Source: Guillardia theta CCMP2712
Lineage: Eukaryota; Protista; Cryptophyta
Direction of reading: 5' to 3'
NCBI RefSeq assembly: GCF_000315625.1
Contig: NW_005434618.1
Coordinates: 387,604 to 451,603, forward strand
Length of the DNA: 64,000 nt
This document shows, piece after piece, positions 49,890 to 63,210 of the stretch; position 1 is the first letter of the stretch, and each line of letters starts with the position of its first letter. Both the position numbers and the translations under genes were made by a program. The notes beneath the pieces are model-generated. The model did no database searches. It was given only the letters and a program-made list of their open reading frames with translations, and was not told the origin of the DNA.

Positions 49890-50208
49890 GTAGAAGAGAG
49901 GAATCTGCATTGATAGAGGAGAAGAGAGGTGTATGCATTGATAGAGGAGAAGAGAGGTATCTGCATTGATAGAGTAGAAGAGAGGAATCTGCATTGATAG
50001 AGGAGAAGAGAGGTGTATGCATTGATAGAGTAGAAGAGAGGTGTATGCATTGATAGAGGAGAAGAGAGGTGTATGCATTGATAGAGTAGAAGAGAGGAAT
50101 CTGCATTGATAGAGGAGAAGAGAGGTGTATGCATTGATAGAGTAGAAGAGAGGTATCTGCAGAAGAGAGGTGTATGCATTGATAGAGTAGAAGAGAGGTG
50201 TATGCATT
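49890..50208. repeat. 28-bp minisatellite (~11 units)
   Basis: AGAAGAGAGGTGTATGCATTGATAGAG(G/T) with variants. Confidence 0.92.
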
Positions 50209-50334
50209 GGAATACTTTATCCATGTGCATTTTGTTGTTGCACCGAATCCATGGTGATGTGAGTAGTAAAAGCCATATGATGGCAAGGGATTTGGTTTTC
50301 CTAGAAGCTGTTGTGACTGATTCGGTTCTAGAGC

Positions 50335-53300
50335 ATGCAGATTCTTGATAGCTTGGGTTTGCACAAGACGAGTACGTGGCCTACCCTGCTGCTGGCATGT
50401 GTCGCTGGAGGTATCTCGTCTGCCTGCTCTCTGAGGGGTTTGACTTTGCTCCAAGTGTCTGCCTATCAGACGATCCCGCGCTTCCCTGGCGCTGCCCTCG
50501 TAAGACTTCCATGCCTGAACATCAAGTGCTTGTAACCCGCTCTCGCAGTCTCGAGGCCCAGCATGCGGGTACCGGTCGGCCCATCAGCTAACACGTGCTT
50601 GAGGAGTCGTGCGTGCATCTTGTTCTGACTTGAGCGACAGCTCTGAGGGGGTTTTCGACCGAGTCCAGGAGGTCGGGAGGAGGTCACGTGAGACGGGGAG
50701 GGAGCGACTGAGTCCTTGCAGGGTCGGGCCGAACCTGAGTAAACGATGCATGCAAAGGTGGAAGGAGATCAGGTTGTGGGGTTGTGGAGGTGACAAGGCG
50801 ACTGAAAGTGTGCGGGGAAGAACTGGAGTCGCCATGATGCAAACCAACGACAAGACCGAGACAGACCGAAGATTGGTGAGCGGATTGATCTCTGCGACAA
50901 CGTTTGACGTTTGACGATTGACGTACCCCAGCAATCTGAAGATGAGAACAGTCTGGTGAAGAAGCAAGCCTCTATCTCTCCCCTCGCTCATCCTCACTTT
51001 AGGAGAATGCAAAGTTTCAGAGCTACCAAGGAGAAATTTTCTGCAACCGGTTGGTTACCTGATCAGATCCCTTAGATCTCGTGATGTTGATCGGAATGAC
51101 ATGCAATGTGATGAGTTCGTGTCGATGGATCAGAGTCGAGGGTCAGAATGACTCACTTTGATTCGCTCGATGCGTTTCTTTCATCTTCTTCTTTGGGGTT
51201 TTCTGCACAAATTGACCTGCGTATCCTTGATATCCTTGTCTCGGAAGCCTTGTGTCGCACGGGAACTGACGGCTTGATCAGAGCATTGAACATGAAGAGA
51301 ATCCGTGCGATCGGGTTTGATATGGATTACACTCTTGCCCAGTACATACCGGAGACGTTTGAGATCCTGTGCTGCATGCTTGTGCTGGTGTGACCTGCTG
51401 ATCCGCGACCAGTGCGATCCATGGAGCGCTGGAGAAGCTCGTGAAGCACATGGTGAGCAGACGCCGACAGTGGTGCAGGCTGACGACCAGCAGGGATACC
51501 CGGAGGAGATTCTGAGCCTTCCGGAGTACGATCCGAGCATGTTCCAGCGAGGTAGGAGCGAGGAGGAAGTAACGAGGTGAAAGGAGAGTTGACTTGGTGC
51601 GCAGGTTTGATCATCGACAAGGTGGGGAGCAGGCGCGTTGCTGGAAGCGCTGACGAGACGCAGGAGAGAGGCAACATCATCAAGATGGACAGACATCACT
51701 ATGTCAAGGTCGCCTTCCACGGGATGCGCGCGATGGAGAAGGTGATGGTGGTGAGAGACTCGCAAGCAGTGAAGGGATCGTGTGCAGGAGGAGAGGCTGG
51801 CGGTGTACGGAAGTCAAAGTCAGAAGGTTGGAGATGAAGCTGAGCGGGGCATGAGTTGAGGCCCCGATACAGGACTTCTCGGACTCAGAGAACTTCGCCA
51901 ACATCGACACGCTCTTCTCGCTTCCCGGTTGATGTCCGGGTTGATGCCTGATTGTGACCTGATTGTCTTGGCAAGATGCGTTCATGTACTCTCAGCTCGT
52001 CACCTTCGTTGACGACAATCGCAACAAGTTGTGCCTGACCTCCGCCTCCTCCCCCTGTCGTCTTGTCCTCCCTCCATCCCTCGCCCAGCCTCGTCAACGT
52101 CTCCTCGTCACGCTGCTGCGGCAGGTTTCCTGGTCTGCTCTCCAAGAGCTACAAGCAGATCTACAAGGTGCTTCTCCTCCGTTTCCGCAGGGTCTCAAGG
52201 TCTGCAGGACGTGCGAAGGAGCGTTGATCTGTGTCACCGGGACGGTGTGATCAAGGACAAGGTCGCGCAAGACCCAGGTGAGATGCAGAGAGAGGAGGAG
52301 GAGCAGCTGAGGACGAGACAGGCAAGTACATCCAGTCAGAGCCTGGGATAGTCGACATGCTCCGCCGCTATCGCCGGTCGGGACGGAAGGTAAGGGGGAG
52401 AAGTGAGATATGGTGGGCGTGAAAGATGAGAGGCGGGAGAGAGAGGAGGATGGAGCAGAGACCTCATTTGCTGCAGGTGTTTCTGCTGACCAACAGCTTG
52501 TGGGACTACACGAATGTAGTGATGAACTTCATCTGCGGGAACATGTTGCCGTTACTCCTGCTCCCTGCCTCTGCTGACGCCTCTCGTACAGGAAGAAGGA
52601 GGACTATACCCTCGACTGGCTCTCCATGTTCGACCTCGTCATTGTCGGAGCCAACAAGTTCGTGACCTCCCTGCCATTCCCCTACTTCCTCTTCCCTTCT
52701 CTTCCTCCCCTGAACTTCTCCTTGCGAGCTTGTTGTCTCTCTCTCTCTCTCGCTCTCCTGCTTCCCCCTCCTGTCCTTCTCAATGCTCTTCTCCTCCTCT
52801 CACTCACTGCAGACCTGCTTTCCTCGAGAACGGCAAGCTCCCGATCTTCCGGGTGCACACAGAGGATGGAAGGCTGAGCAACCTCGAGAACGGTCTCATC
52901 TCACTCCTACCCCCCCGTCCTCCTCCCCAACCAACACACCCCACCCCTTCCTCCCGCCCTCCTTCTCTACTGCCTTTCTCCCCCTCCCCCGCCCTGCTGT
53001 ACCTCCATCCTCCTTCTTCCCCTCCTCCTCTTCGATTCTCCTTGACTCGGGTTGGCAGCGCTATTCGACCCGCCATCGCAGACTCTGAGGGACGGGAAAG
53101 TTTTTCAGGCGAGGCCTCAGCGAGAGCGCAAGGAAGTCGCTGAGATTCTGACAGGGGGGGAACTTCAATCACCTTCATTACTTCATGAAGGATACAGTCA
53201 ACGCGGGGGAGCAGGTGAACCCAAGCTCCTTCCTCCTCCCTCCCTACTCCTCCTCGCTTACGTGCTGCAGGTGATGTACGTTGGCGATCATATGTTCTCG

Positions 53301-54949
53301 GATGTCATCCGTGGGAAGCGAAGGTTGAACATGAACCACAACGACACATAGTCCTGCTCCTCCTCCCCCTCCCCCTCCCCCTCCATTGCTCCCCCTCCCC
53401 CTCTCCTCCTCCCCAGCCCATCCGTTGGTCCTCATTCTCCTTCCTGTTGCGTCCTTTCTCACCTCGCTGACAGCTTGGGCTGGCGAACTGCTCTGGTGGT
53501 TCCTGAGCTCCAGGTCAGTGGAGAAGCGAGGGAGGGAAGAGGAGAAGGGAAGAAGTGGAGGGGGGGGGGGGGGTGGAGCGGGGGCTGGAGCTGTTGGAGC
53601 TGACGGAAGAGGCAGCATGAGGTTGACGTCATGCTGCGAGAGAAAGTTCGCTCCAAGAGGATCCAAGTAGAATGACAAGCGCGTGACCTTCCCCCGAGCT
53701 GACGATTTCAAGGAACTCCGAGAGCTGAGAGACGAGCTGGACGAGTGGGTCGACCGGTGAGTGCGCTTGTGTGCTTGTTGCTGAGGTTGAGCTGGGAATT
53801 TTCAAGTCTGTCGCTCCTACTGGTGTCGTGCGACGAGGATGAAGCATGCGCTCTCACTGGTACGCGACTTTCTCCTCTTCCTCCAGCAGCTGACAAGGAC
53901 TTGCCCTCGTCCCCTGCCCCTCCTGCTGCTGCTCCTCTCCTTGTCTCTCCGCTTCCTCGCAGATCGCCGAGAGTCCATCGCCTCCGAGCTAGAAAAGGCG
54001 AAGGAAGAGATCCGGACAGTGAGAGGCTCCTCCTCTGTCTCTAGCGAGGTTGACGGGAGGGCAGGTGAAGACAGTGTACGCCGAGGAGCTTCTTATGTAT
54101 CACTCAGCTTTCCATCCGGTGAGGATCCAACTAGCAGAGACTCGCTGACACTCGCACAGGTCTGGGGGCAGATGTTCAAGGTGACGCCTCCTCCTCCTCC
54201 TCCTCCTCCTCCTCCTCCTCCTCCTCCTCCTCCTCCTCCTCCTCCTCCTCCTCCTCCTCCTTTCTTCACCTTCTCGAAGGTTGGCTATCAGAATTCGCGA
54301 TTCGCTCAACAAGTGGAGAATTATGCGTGCTTGTACACGAGTAAGGTGAGAGAGGGGAGGCAGAGGACGAGGCGTGGGTGGGTGAGCCTATTGCTCGACA
54401 GGTCAGCAACCTCTGCCTCGTCTCTCCGGAGATGAATCATCGAACACAGGTAGATGCCAACACAACAATAACAAACCACTCCTCCACCTCCAACTCCACC
54501 ACCACCACCACCACCACCACCACCATCATTGGCAGCCACTGACTGGAGAGCAGATGGATCTTATGCCTCACGATCAGGTTTGCAGCCTGACGCCTCCAGG
54601 AGTCTCACGGGATGGCAGTTGGAAGAGACTCCCATCCGCCGCATCCTACGAGCGAGAGCAAGAAACATCGTCGAGTCGTTGGGAAGCAGCGAGTGAGGGG
54701 CTGACATGGGTAGAGCAGGAGGAGTGGAGAGGAGCGGGGAGGAAGAGGTACAGGAATGAAAAAGCGTGGGGGAGAGACGAGTCTTACTTGGATCATATGA
54801 AATTTCTTTTCTTTGCTTTCGCTCCTTATCTCCTCCTGTCCAAGGATCTGGACGTCGTCCATCACGTCTGGAGCGATGGAACATCAGCATCGAAGCATCC
54901 ATCAGCCTTCAATTCCCCGGAACTCCTTGAGCCGAACGATCAACCTTGA
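50335..54949 (+). CDS. HAD-IG cN-II-type 5'-nucleotidase (NT5DC-like); many short exons; ends approximate
   Basis: IRAIGFDMDYTLAQY, FLLTNSLWDYTN, FDLVIVGANK, YVGDHMFSDVIRGKR, GYQNSRFAQQVENYACLYTSKV. Confidence 0.88.
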
Positions 54950-54959
54950 CCAACAAGTC

Positions 54960-56687
54960 AGGGAGGGAGGAGGAGAGAAGGAGAAAGGGAGGCTTGCAAG
55001 CATGCGAGCAGATTGCGGTCAGGAGGGGAGGAAGTGAGATCGTACTCATCAGATCCCTCCTGACGCTCAAGCGTCGCCTCACAAGCTCGCAGCTCGCAGT
55101 TGTGAAACCTTCTCCTCACGACGCTGTCTGTGTCTGAGGTCAACCTCCTCCTCCTCTGCAGCAGTCCACCTGATCGAATGTTTGGATGACTGGGCGAGCT
55201 GAGGAGGAACGAGAAGATGCCTCCATGCGCCTGCAACACCCTCACCCTCAACGCCTCACCCTCGCACCTCCCCTAGTCTTCTCACCACCACAGCTATCTT
55301 CTTCTCTGCTCACCCTCGCACCTCCCCTAGTCTTCTCACCACCACAGCTATCTTCTTCTCTGCTCACCCTCGCACCTCCCCTAGTCTTCTCACCACCACA
55401 GCTATCTTCTTCTCTGCTCACCCTCGCACCTCCCCTAGTCTTCTCACCACCACAGCTATCTTCTTCTCTGCTCACCCTCGCACCTCCCCTAGTCTTCTCA
55501 CCACCACAGCTATCTTCTTCTCTTCTCGCTGCAGCAACCACAGCAGCGCCTGGTATCCTCGCTCCACACAAGACTCCACAGGCTCTGAGTGCACATCAGT
55601 TGAGAGCGACTGAATCAACTTGCTCACCCAACTCTTCGGTCCACAACTCATCCTCCTCGGTCTTGACCTGCTCAAAGTTCCATGTCGGATTTCTGTCTAA
55701 AAGTCTCGTTATTCGCCTCCGCTGCTCCAGTGCCTCGCACCCATAAGCTCTCGTCTACTTCTCCTCTTGGCGTTGAGCAGCAGCCCTGAGATCTCCCTCA
55801 AGTCATCAAGGGAACATCTCTCCGCCTGCGCGTGAAGATGCTGAGGGAAGACAATGTTGGCTGTGTCGATCGCTCGTGTCAAGGAAGAGGCGACGATCAA
55901 GTCCATCGTCATGTTCATCCGAGCGAAGTCTCTGCCATGGAGAGAGACGAGTGAGATGTGAGCTCGGGGTCTTCTCTCTTACTCTCGCGTCTTCTCTGCT
56001 TGCTCGATCCCGATGCTTGTCAGATCAGCATCAAAAGCATCGTCCGCCCTCATGAGATTGATAAATTCCTCATGCGAACAGCCCTGGAGAGACTTCAACT
56101 TTCTTTCAACACCTCCCTCCCTCCCTCCCTCCCTCCCTCCCTCTTCTCCTCTCTCCCTCCCTTCCCTCCCCTCGTCTTTCTCCTCTTCTCCTCTGATCTT
56201 TTTGAGTGTGATTCGATTCCACACCCTCTCCGCTCCTTCCCACTCCTCCAACGCCACCAGCGCCAATTCAACCCCATCCTTCTCATTACAGACAGCACCC
56301 CCGCCACTCAGGTATGACCTGCGATCGAGCTGCTTCTGCCCGCGGGTTGTGCTGCGCCTGTCCATGTCGAACCAGCACGAGGACCTGTCAGCACCTCGTC
56401 ATGAATCGTACGATCAGGCTGCGGGGCAAGGGAAGCAAGAGGCAGAACGAGAGGTTCGAGACAGAGTCCGAGTCAGAGGAAGCCGGCTGGCATAAAAGAA
56501 TGAAGAGAGGATGGACGAGGGGTCGGTCAACCTTGCTGCCTTGAACCATGGAAGCGGTGGAGTAGGAACGAGAGGAGAGACCGGGTCTCGAGCTTTGGAT
56601 GAGGATGGAGGGCAGAAAGCACTTGAACAAGTTCACACGAGTGATAGAGGACGAGGGGACGCGGGACCAACTGAAGCCCAGCATCAA
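54960..56687 (-). CDS. Histidine phosphatase / phosphoglycerate mutase family protein; multi-exon, ends approximate
   Basis: LVRHGQAQHNPRAE (RHG), DADLTSIGIEQA, IVASSLTRAIDTA, LREI, AHGG. Confidence 0.82.
55255..55523. repeat. 54-bp perfect tandem repeat x5, probably intronic
   Basis: CTCACCCTCGCACCTCCCCTAGTCTTCTCACCACCACAGCTATCTTCTTCTCTG. Confidence 0.93.
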
Positions 56688-57839
56688 CCCACGAGCTCTC
56701 AGGCTCTCTAGCTCTCAAGATATCAAGATATCAAGGTATCAAGATCGCTCCTCTCCTCTCCTCTCCTCTCCTCTCCTCTCCTCCTCTCGCTCTCTCTGCT
56801 CCCTGTATGAGCTCCTGGGTCTTGAGCCGGCCGGGTCTTTGGCTGCGACCGGCCCTGAGTGACCGGCGGGCCCGGCCGATCCACTGCCACGTGACCACTC
56901 GGGCTCAGCCTCCGGTAGAATCGAGATTAGCTAATTTTGTTTTTCGAATGTCGCCAAGGACCCCCATCTCCGACCATCCTGTAAACCCCCTTTGTACCAC
57001 CCACCCCTGACAAGACCGTTTTTCTCACCCAGGTGTCTCTACTTGGTCCCGGACCCGTCTGTTGGTATTTATACTACCCCACCTCACCTATGTCTGATCA
57101 CTAATCCTCGTATGTACCCCTACCCTGGTGTCTCCTTGCAAGCGGCCCATACTTCCTCCACCCCTCTATTCCCCTCCCTTTGTCCCCCACCCCTGTAAAA
57201 TCCCCTGGTGTATGAACACCCACCCCTACCATGCCTGTAACTGCTTACTACCCCTCGATTTCACGTGACCCACTAGCTGACGCATCTATTCATTACCCCA
57301 CCCACCTACGGAACCTTCCCCTGGAACTTTTGCAGCCTTACACCCGTCATTTTCATATGCGATATCACCGGTACTGTAATTTCCGTCACCCTACCCCTGA
57401 CATACATTTCCGTCTCTCCCCCATTCTCAACTTACAACTCTAAAAATACTCCTCCACCATGTTTCCCCGAAATTTGAACCCCCCCTACCCCAAGTTTAAG
57501 GCTTCAAGGATTTATACCCCTACTTGAAACCTGCAATGTGAGGTAAAAGGGTGGGTGATCAGCGATGGAGAGATCAAAGGGGGTGGTGGGGTGCAGAAGG
57601 GAGAATAGATTCGATTCCCCGACCTTCCCCTTCAAGTTCCTCCCCTCCTGTTTGTGTTGCTTCTCAATCCTCCGTCCTCGTTCCCACCCCCTTCTCTATC
57701 CCTGCTCTACCAGTCGCCGCCTTCTCCTCTCCTCTCCTCTCCTCTCCTCTCCTCTCCTCTCCTCTCCTCTCCTCTCCTATCCTCTCCTCTCCTTTCTTGG
57801 TATTTCCTCAGCGCCTTCAAAAGCCGAGCAGTCAAAATC

Positions 57840-58682
57840 ATGGGGATTAAGATACCATCCATCACAAAGTTGTTCAGGAGGAAGATGGATGTTTCATACA
57901 GTTTCCGCAAAGAACAGACCAATGCACAAACATGTACACAAACATCTACAGAGAATAACGTTCACTCCTCGTCATCCGACATCTCACAGGACGGTAGTTC
58001 ACAACAGAATTGCTCGCAGGTTTCTTTTGCTCGAAGTGAACGTGATCGGGCAGGACCCTTGTTTGATTCAGAGCTTGAAGTCAAGGGGTCCATGATGCGG
58101 TTCAAGGAAGCGATGATAGCCGATGCAGCTGAAGCCGAGAGGTTGATTGATGCGGTGGGAAAACTCCTGGATCATACCGTCAAGCTCAATGAGAGCAAGG
58201 GAAGGAAATCTAGTCTCAAATCGTTTGAAGGAGGCACAGTTACAATCTCAATCTCTCAGTATATCAAGAGGATCCTCAAGTACGGAGGCTGCAGCCCCTG
58301 CTGCGTCTTTGTTGCTCTTATGTTCCTGCAACGTCTCAAGGATCGACATGGGGACGGAGTGTGCCTTACCCCTTCCAACTTCCAACGTCTGTTCCTTGTT
58401 GCTATGATGACATCAGCCAAGTTTCTTGACGACTTCTATTACTCGAATGCTAGCTGGGCTGAGATTGGGTCTCTGAAGCTCAAGGAGCTTAACAAGCTCG
58501 AACTTGATTTCCTGTTCTTGATGGAGTTCGACCTGCACATTCACAGATTCGAGTATGACAAGTTTGTTGCTTCGCTCGGTCTTGAATCTCAAGAGGGAAC
58601 TGGGAAATCAGAGGATGAAGCATCTGTTGTATGTAAGGTGCCTAGCTACTGTGATGTAACTTCAGCTGTGTCGGCCTTCTAG
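57840..58682 (+). CDS. P/U-type (Pho80-like) cyclin, intronless
   Basis: ISISQYIKRILKYGGCSPCCVFVALMFLQRL...RLFLVAMMTSAKFLDDFYYSNASWAEIG...LNKLELDFL. Confidence 0.92.
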   Translation: MGIKIPSITKLFRRKMDVSYSFRKEQTNAQTCTQTSTENNVHSSSSDISQDGSSQQNCSQVSFARSERDRAGPLFDSELEVKGSMMRFKEAMIADAAEAERLIDAVGKLLDHTVKLNESKGRKSSLKSFEGGTVTISISQYIKRILKYGGCSPCCVFVALMFLQRLKDRHGDGVCLTPSNFQRLFLVAMMTSAKFLDDFYYSNASWAEIGSLKLKELNKLELDFLFLMEFDLHIHRFEYDKFVASLGLESQEGTGKSEDEASVVCKVPSYCDVTSAVSAF

Positions 58683-58881
58683 AATCTTGTACGATGTAAA
58701 TGAATTATTCTTTCATCTTCAAGTCTGTCTCGCCTCGTTTATGCTTGACATCATCACTAAAAATTAACCCCCACCCCCTAAAGCATCCCAAGATCCAGGG
58801 GTTGATGACTCAGTAGTTCACCCCCACCCCTTCTTCGGAGGTCTAGGCGGGGGGTACGGGAAGAAGCGCCTCAGGGAGGAT

Positions 58882-60883
58882 ATGCGGCTAGTGGAGATGT
58901 GGGTCGGCTTGACTCTCCTCGTTCCCGCTGCTCTCTTGTGCGATGCTCCGCTTCAACCTTCCTTGCAGCCTCGCTGCTGCTCCTGCATGGCGATGGTGAC
59001 GGCTCGGAAGCTGAGGGGTGGGGGGGGATGGGCAGAGGAGCTCGAGATGTCGACCTCGGCCATTGAGGCGAGTGTATCTAGTGACTTGTCGGAGGTGAGG
59101 GGGAACAAGAGCACGTTGCCAGATATAGATAGCATCTTAGAGAGACTGGAAAGAGAAGAAGAGATCGACCAGCATAGGTCCGCACTCGCGGGAGCTGAAG
59201 ACGAAACATTGGGATTGAAGGGCAAAGATGCAGGGGGAAGCAAAAAGGTATCATGGGAGGAGGATGAATGCAGTTCCTGTCGAATATGCAAATACCTCCT
59301 CCAACAGCTTGTTCTCAAGTGTGGCTGACAAAATTGAAGGAGGACGAACAAGCCAAGTATCCGATGAATCAGTATCTGCTCTTACGCGAGAAGTCGTTTG
59401 GGACTGACGTGCTCCCAGTGTCGCCTCAATCAACTCGCTTGGAGATCCTGAAGATCCTGTCGACATGATCGCGTCCAGATTCGCCTACTCGGAACAGGTG
59501 AGTGAAGGAGGCAGGAGATAAGAAGGGAGCGAGCGGGGGAGGGGGGGCGATAGCTAACAGTCGTGGTGAAGATTCGTGGAAAGAAGCTGATAGACAGCGT
59601 CAAGGTTCAGGCGGAGGAGCTGATGGAAGGGCACTGATTCGATGTTTCTTGATAGAGAAGTCAGACGTCAAGGACGAGAGTGATACAACATGAGATGTCT
59701 TAACCATTTAAGTTTCGCTCTTAGACAGATCGCCTTCGGAGTGAATATCAGCTTCACTTGGATGCCATGAAGGTGGTCAGAGCTTTTGCTTCAGAGTGTA
59801 ACTTGTAATGCTTATTCTTGGGCAACCCAAGGAATCAAAGAAATCCGATACCTCCGGTGAGGCGCGAGCTTTCGGCGATGAGCCACTCAATTGCCATGTC
59901 AGCGCATCGGTCACAAGGAGCTCAAAAGCAAGTTTCCCCGAAAGTCAAGAGGTCAAGATGGTCTGCGAGCCATCCGCTCGAGGTCCTCGACTCTCGCATC
60001 AGCATCAGCGGAAATCATTCAACCGTCAGGTAGAAGATTTCTTGACGCTCCTGCTGTGCTCCTGTTGATGGGTCGGCAGATCACCCACCAAAGTTGTTCT
60101 GCGGGTCAAGCGAAGGCTGTCTGATGAGCCTGTGGATGAAGTTTTGGTGTCGAGGCCCTTGAAGCGAGTGGACAAGACAGGACAAGCAGGTAGCACGAGA
60201 GATGATGGGAATCGCGCCTGACGCTTGTCCAGCAAGTCCTACTCGCTTCAAGTTGGCGAAGTTGAAGCGAGATGAGAGTCAGGAAAGGAAAGATGATGAG
60301 ATGATCGTTATGACTCGTCGTGATCGAGTCAGAAAAACTTCGGAAGCTGTTGCAGCAGGACAAGGAGAGGAAGAGGACGGCGATGTTAAGCTGGTTGACC
60401 TTGAGTTAACCAACCAGCTGAAAGGAAACGAGTGGAGCCCTTCCTTGACCTTCGTGGACAAGGTGAGGGAGGAGGGCGTGCGGGAGCGGCTGAGACGCTG
60501 CAGGTGGAGCGAGCGCGCTGGCAGAGGATGGGAGAGATTCAAGAGGCGCTGGAGAAAGAGGAGGGATACGCTTACGACCTTTACTTCCTCGATGACAAGC
60601 CCCCCGACCCCGAGCAACTCGAGCAGGGGAAGAGCAAAGTAGTGACCCTGCCGATGGACTTCAACTTCGAGGTGAGCTTGCTCGACATGTCGTGAGAGGC
60701 TGACGACAGCAGGAGGAGGAACCTTCTTCTTTCAACGAAGTGCAGGACTCGGAGCTCGACTTTGACTCTCAGAATATGGTTGAAGATCAGGATTACCCTG
60801 ACAAAGACGAGGACGAGGACGAGCATGACGACGGGAAGGAGGAGGAAGAGGACGTCTTCTTCGGGAATAGTGACTTCTATTAA
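58882..60883 (+). CDS. Iwr1/SLC7A6OS-like protein (RNA Pol II nuclear import factor) with a possible N-terminal signal peptide + LRGG extension; multi-exon
   Basis: VVLRVKRRLSDEPVDEVLV (from 60093), GYAYDLYFL, DSQN...QDYPDKDEDE; hand-spliced in-phase GT-AG path back to ATG 58882. Confidence 0.6.
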
Positions 60884-60999
60884 TGCATCGGTCCTCAGCC
60901 ATGCTGATCTGCCCACGTCTGGTTTTCAACATTTCAGTTGGTGTAGCCGGCGGACATCATGATTTGGTGTCATGTCTTCAAGACGAGGAAGGAGGAGAC

Positions 61000-62560
61000 A
61001 TGGAGATTGAGGAAGAGGACGACGACGAGACTAGAGCAGCCGCTGCAGGTTGATCCGACACTTGCAGGAACCTGAGAGAGAAATCTCGTGGACTTCAGTT
61101 GAGAGGCAAAACGTGAGACTTTGAGACAGGCAGAATCCACGGGCCCGATGACTAAAAGTTGAGAAAGACAGGAGCAGGAGTAGCAGGGGCAGGGACAAGC
61201 AAGGCAAGGGGCAGGAGCTGGAGGTTCTTTTAGACCATAGCTCTTCCCAGCCATGCTTGACACAGAGTGAGGGTGAGACCAGACGTCTTGCGGGATTTAC
61301 ACTATAAGGAGGAAGTAGCGATAGCGACCGAAGCCTTCAGTCCTCAAATGCGATGATGTCACTTTGCTTCCGCCGTGCCTTGTGAACTGCACTGCTGGTC
61401 AAGAGCGACGAGAAGATTCCTGCGACACATCTTTCAGCACAAAATGCTCCGCTTCTCCTCTTACCCGCGTAGTTCGCTCCTGTTTCTCCGGACCCCCTCG
61501 TTCCGATCCCTGGCGTCTTCCACGCGGCTCGTGTGAAGCCTCCTGAAGCGACAGGTCAGAGGAAGAGGAGCTGCAGGAGTCGAGCCACCTGTCATGGGGT
61601 TCGCGCGCAAGGAACAAGATTGCGGCGTGAGCTCAACGGGGAGGGGCCCATCCTTCTTGTCGTAGGCGTACCTCACGTCTTCCTCTCGCTCAAAGTCGTA
61701 TCTCTCCGCACTGCTCTCACTGCTGCCCAGTCAGCTCTAGGACGGACGCAAGGAGGTACCTGAGAGCAGAATCTTCGAGCCAGCTGACGCTATCTGGAAA
61801 TGCTTCTGAAGGATCCAACGCCAACTCAGACTCGACATGTTCCAAGTCTTCCCTGATCGACATCACCCATGCTTTTGTTCGGCTGCATGGCCGTTAAGGG
61901 AATCAGGCAGGAATGAATTTACCTCTCGATGCTCGTTTGAGCACACGGCCTCCTGCAGTCCTCGATGTTCAGCGACTCCAATGCCGTCACGACCGCCTTC
62001 TCCTCTGCTTCCTCGAACGGAGCCTTCCAGAGTCCTGCTGAACGATCTCCTCCTTCTCTATGTTCCTCAACACCCAAGTCTTCTTGCTTTCCCATCAACA
62101 TCCTCAGCCGGTTTTCGAGCATTTCGTTTCTTCGGCATGCGCTCCTGTACTTGCAGGCGAGAACAATGCTCTCTTGCTCTAGCTCGCAGACCCGATCGGA
62201 AGTCTCTTGGTTCTGATCCAACGAGATGTTGGTCTTGGAGCGGAGCAGCCGAACCTCATGTCGCAGCCTCTCGATCTCTCGGTCTCTTTCCTGCACTTGC
62301 TCCCGCAGGTCTTTGTTCGCTCGTTCCAACTCTGAAGTTCGTTCTTGCGCAGACCTGAGAGCTGCCTGAAGGGAGGAAGGCTTCGACTCAACCCCCTTGT
62401 CAGAAGCAAGAATGGAGCCTTGAATCTCTGTGAGTTGCTTCAGGTCCATTGGCGAAGTGTCCTGCTTTCAACCAGCATCAGGCCAAAGCTCAGGTTCTAG
62501 GCTCCTGCCTTACATTTGCGCTGAGGAGTGAATACCCGACATCAACGATGCGTACCATAC
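61000..62560 (-). CDS. Hypothetical coiled-coil protein, multi-exon; ends uncertain
   Basis: ORF 61919-62449 with heptad Glu/Arg/Leu pattern plus flanking GT-AG exons. Confidence 0.5.
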
Positions 62561-63210
62561 TGAAGGATATCATGTCAATCCATGCAAACCAACATTGACA
62601 TACATCTCGCATAAGCTTTTTTGTCCCCGTTCACAACCATTGCCCATTTGATGTACACACGATGAAGATTTCAATCATATCCCTGACTCAGGTTCCTTCC
62701 TCTCCCTCTCCCTCTCCCTCTCCCTCTCCCTCTCCCTCTCCCTCTCCCTCTCCCTCTCCCTCTCCCTCTCCCTTGTGGTCCAAGACCGTTTGCCATGGCC
62801 ATAAAGGGAATCAAACCACCCCCACCCACCTCAGATCCTATGAACTACCCCACCCATCTAGATTCTATTTTTGTGAGAAACATTCAGGGCCGGCCCGCCC
62901 TGCGGCTCGTTGAAGTTTCAGGCAACTCCGAGCCAACAGCTAGCAATGTCAGTTAGCGACTGGGCAGCAACAGTCGCGTGGAAGGAAGAGGAGGAGGGGA
63001 GGAGAGGAAGAGAAGGGGAGGAAGAGAAGGGGAGGGGAGGAAGAGCGGAGGGTATGATGAGATCATTTGCATCCTTCTTGAGGGCGGGCGGGCAGGAGGG
63101 GGTAGTTTCAGGATGACACAGAGGGTGGGGAAGGGTTCTGATTGTGGAATGAGCGAGGGTTGAAAATGAAGATGATGCAGGAAGAATGAAGAGGAGAAGC
63201 TGCGAGTAGG

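Noticed and set aside
49890-50208. CRISPR-like array (28-bp repeats); same check for 55255-55523 and 31941-32234
   Set aside because: Head-to-tail units without unique spacers, no cas genes, eukaryotic context
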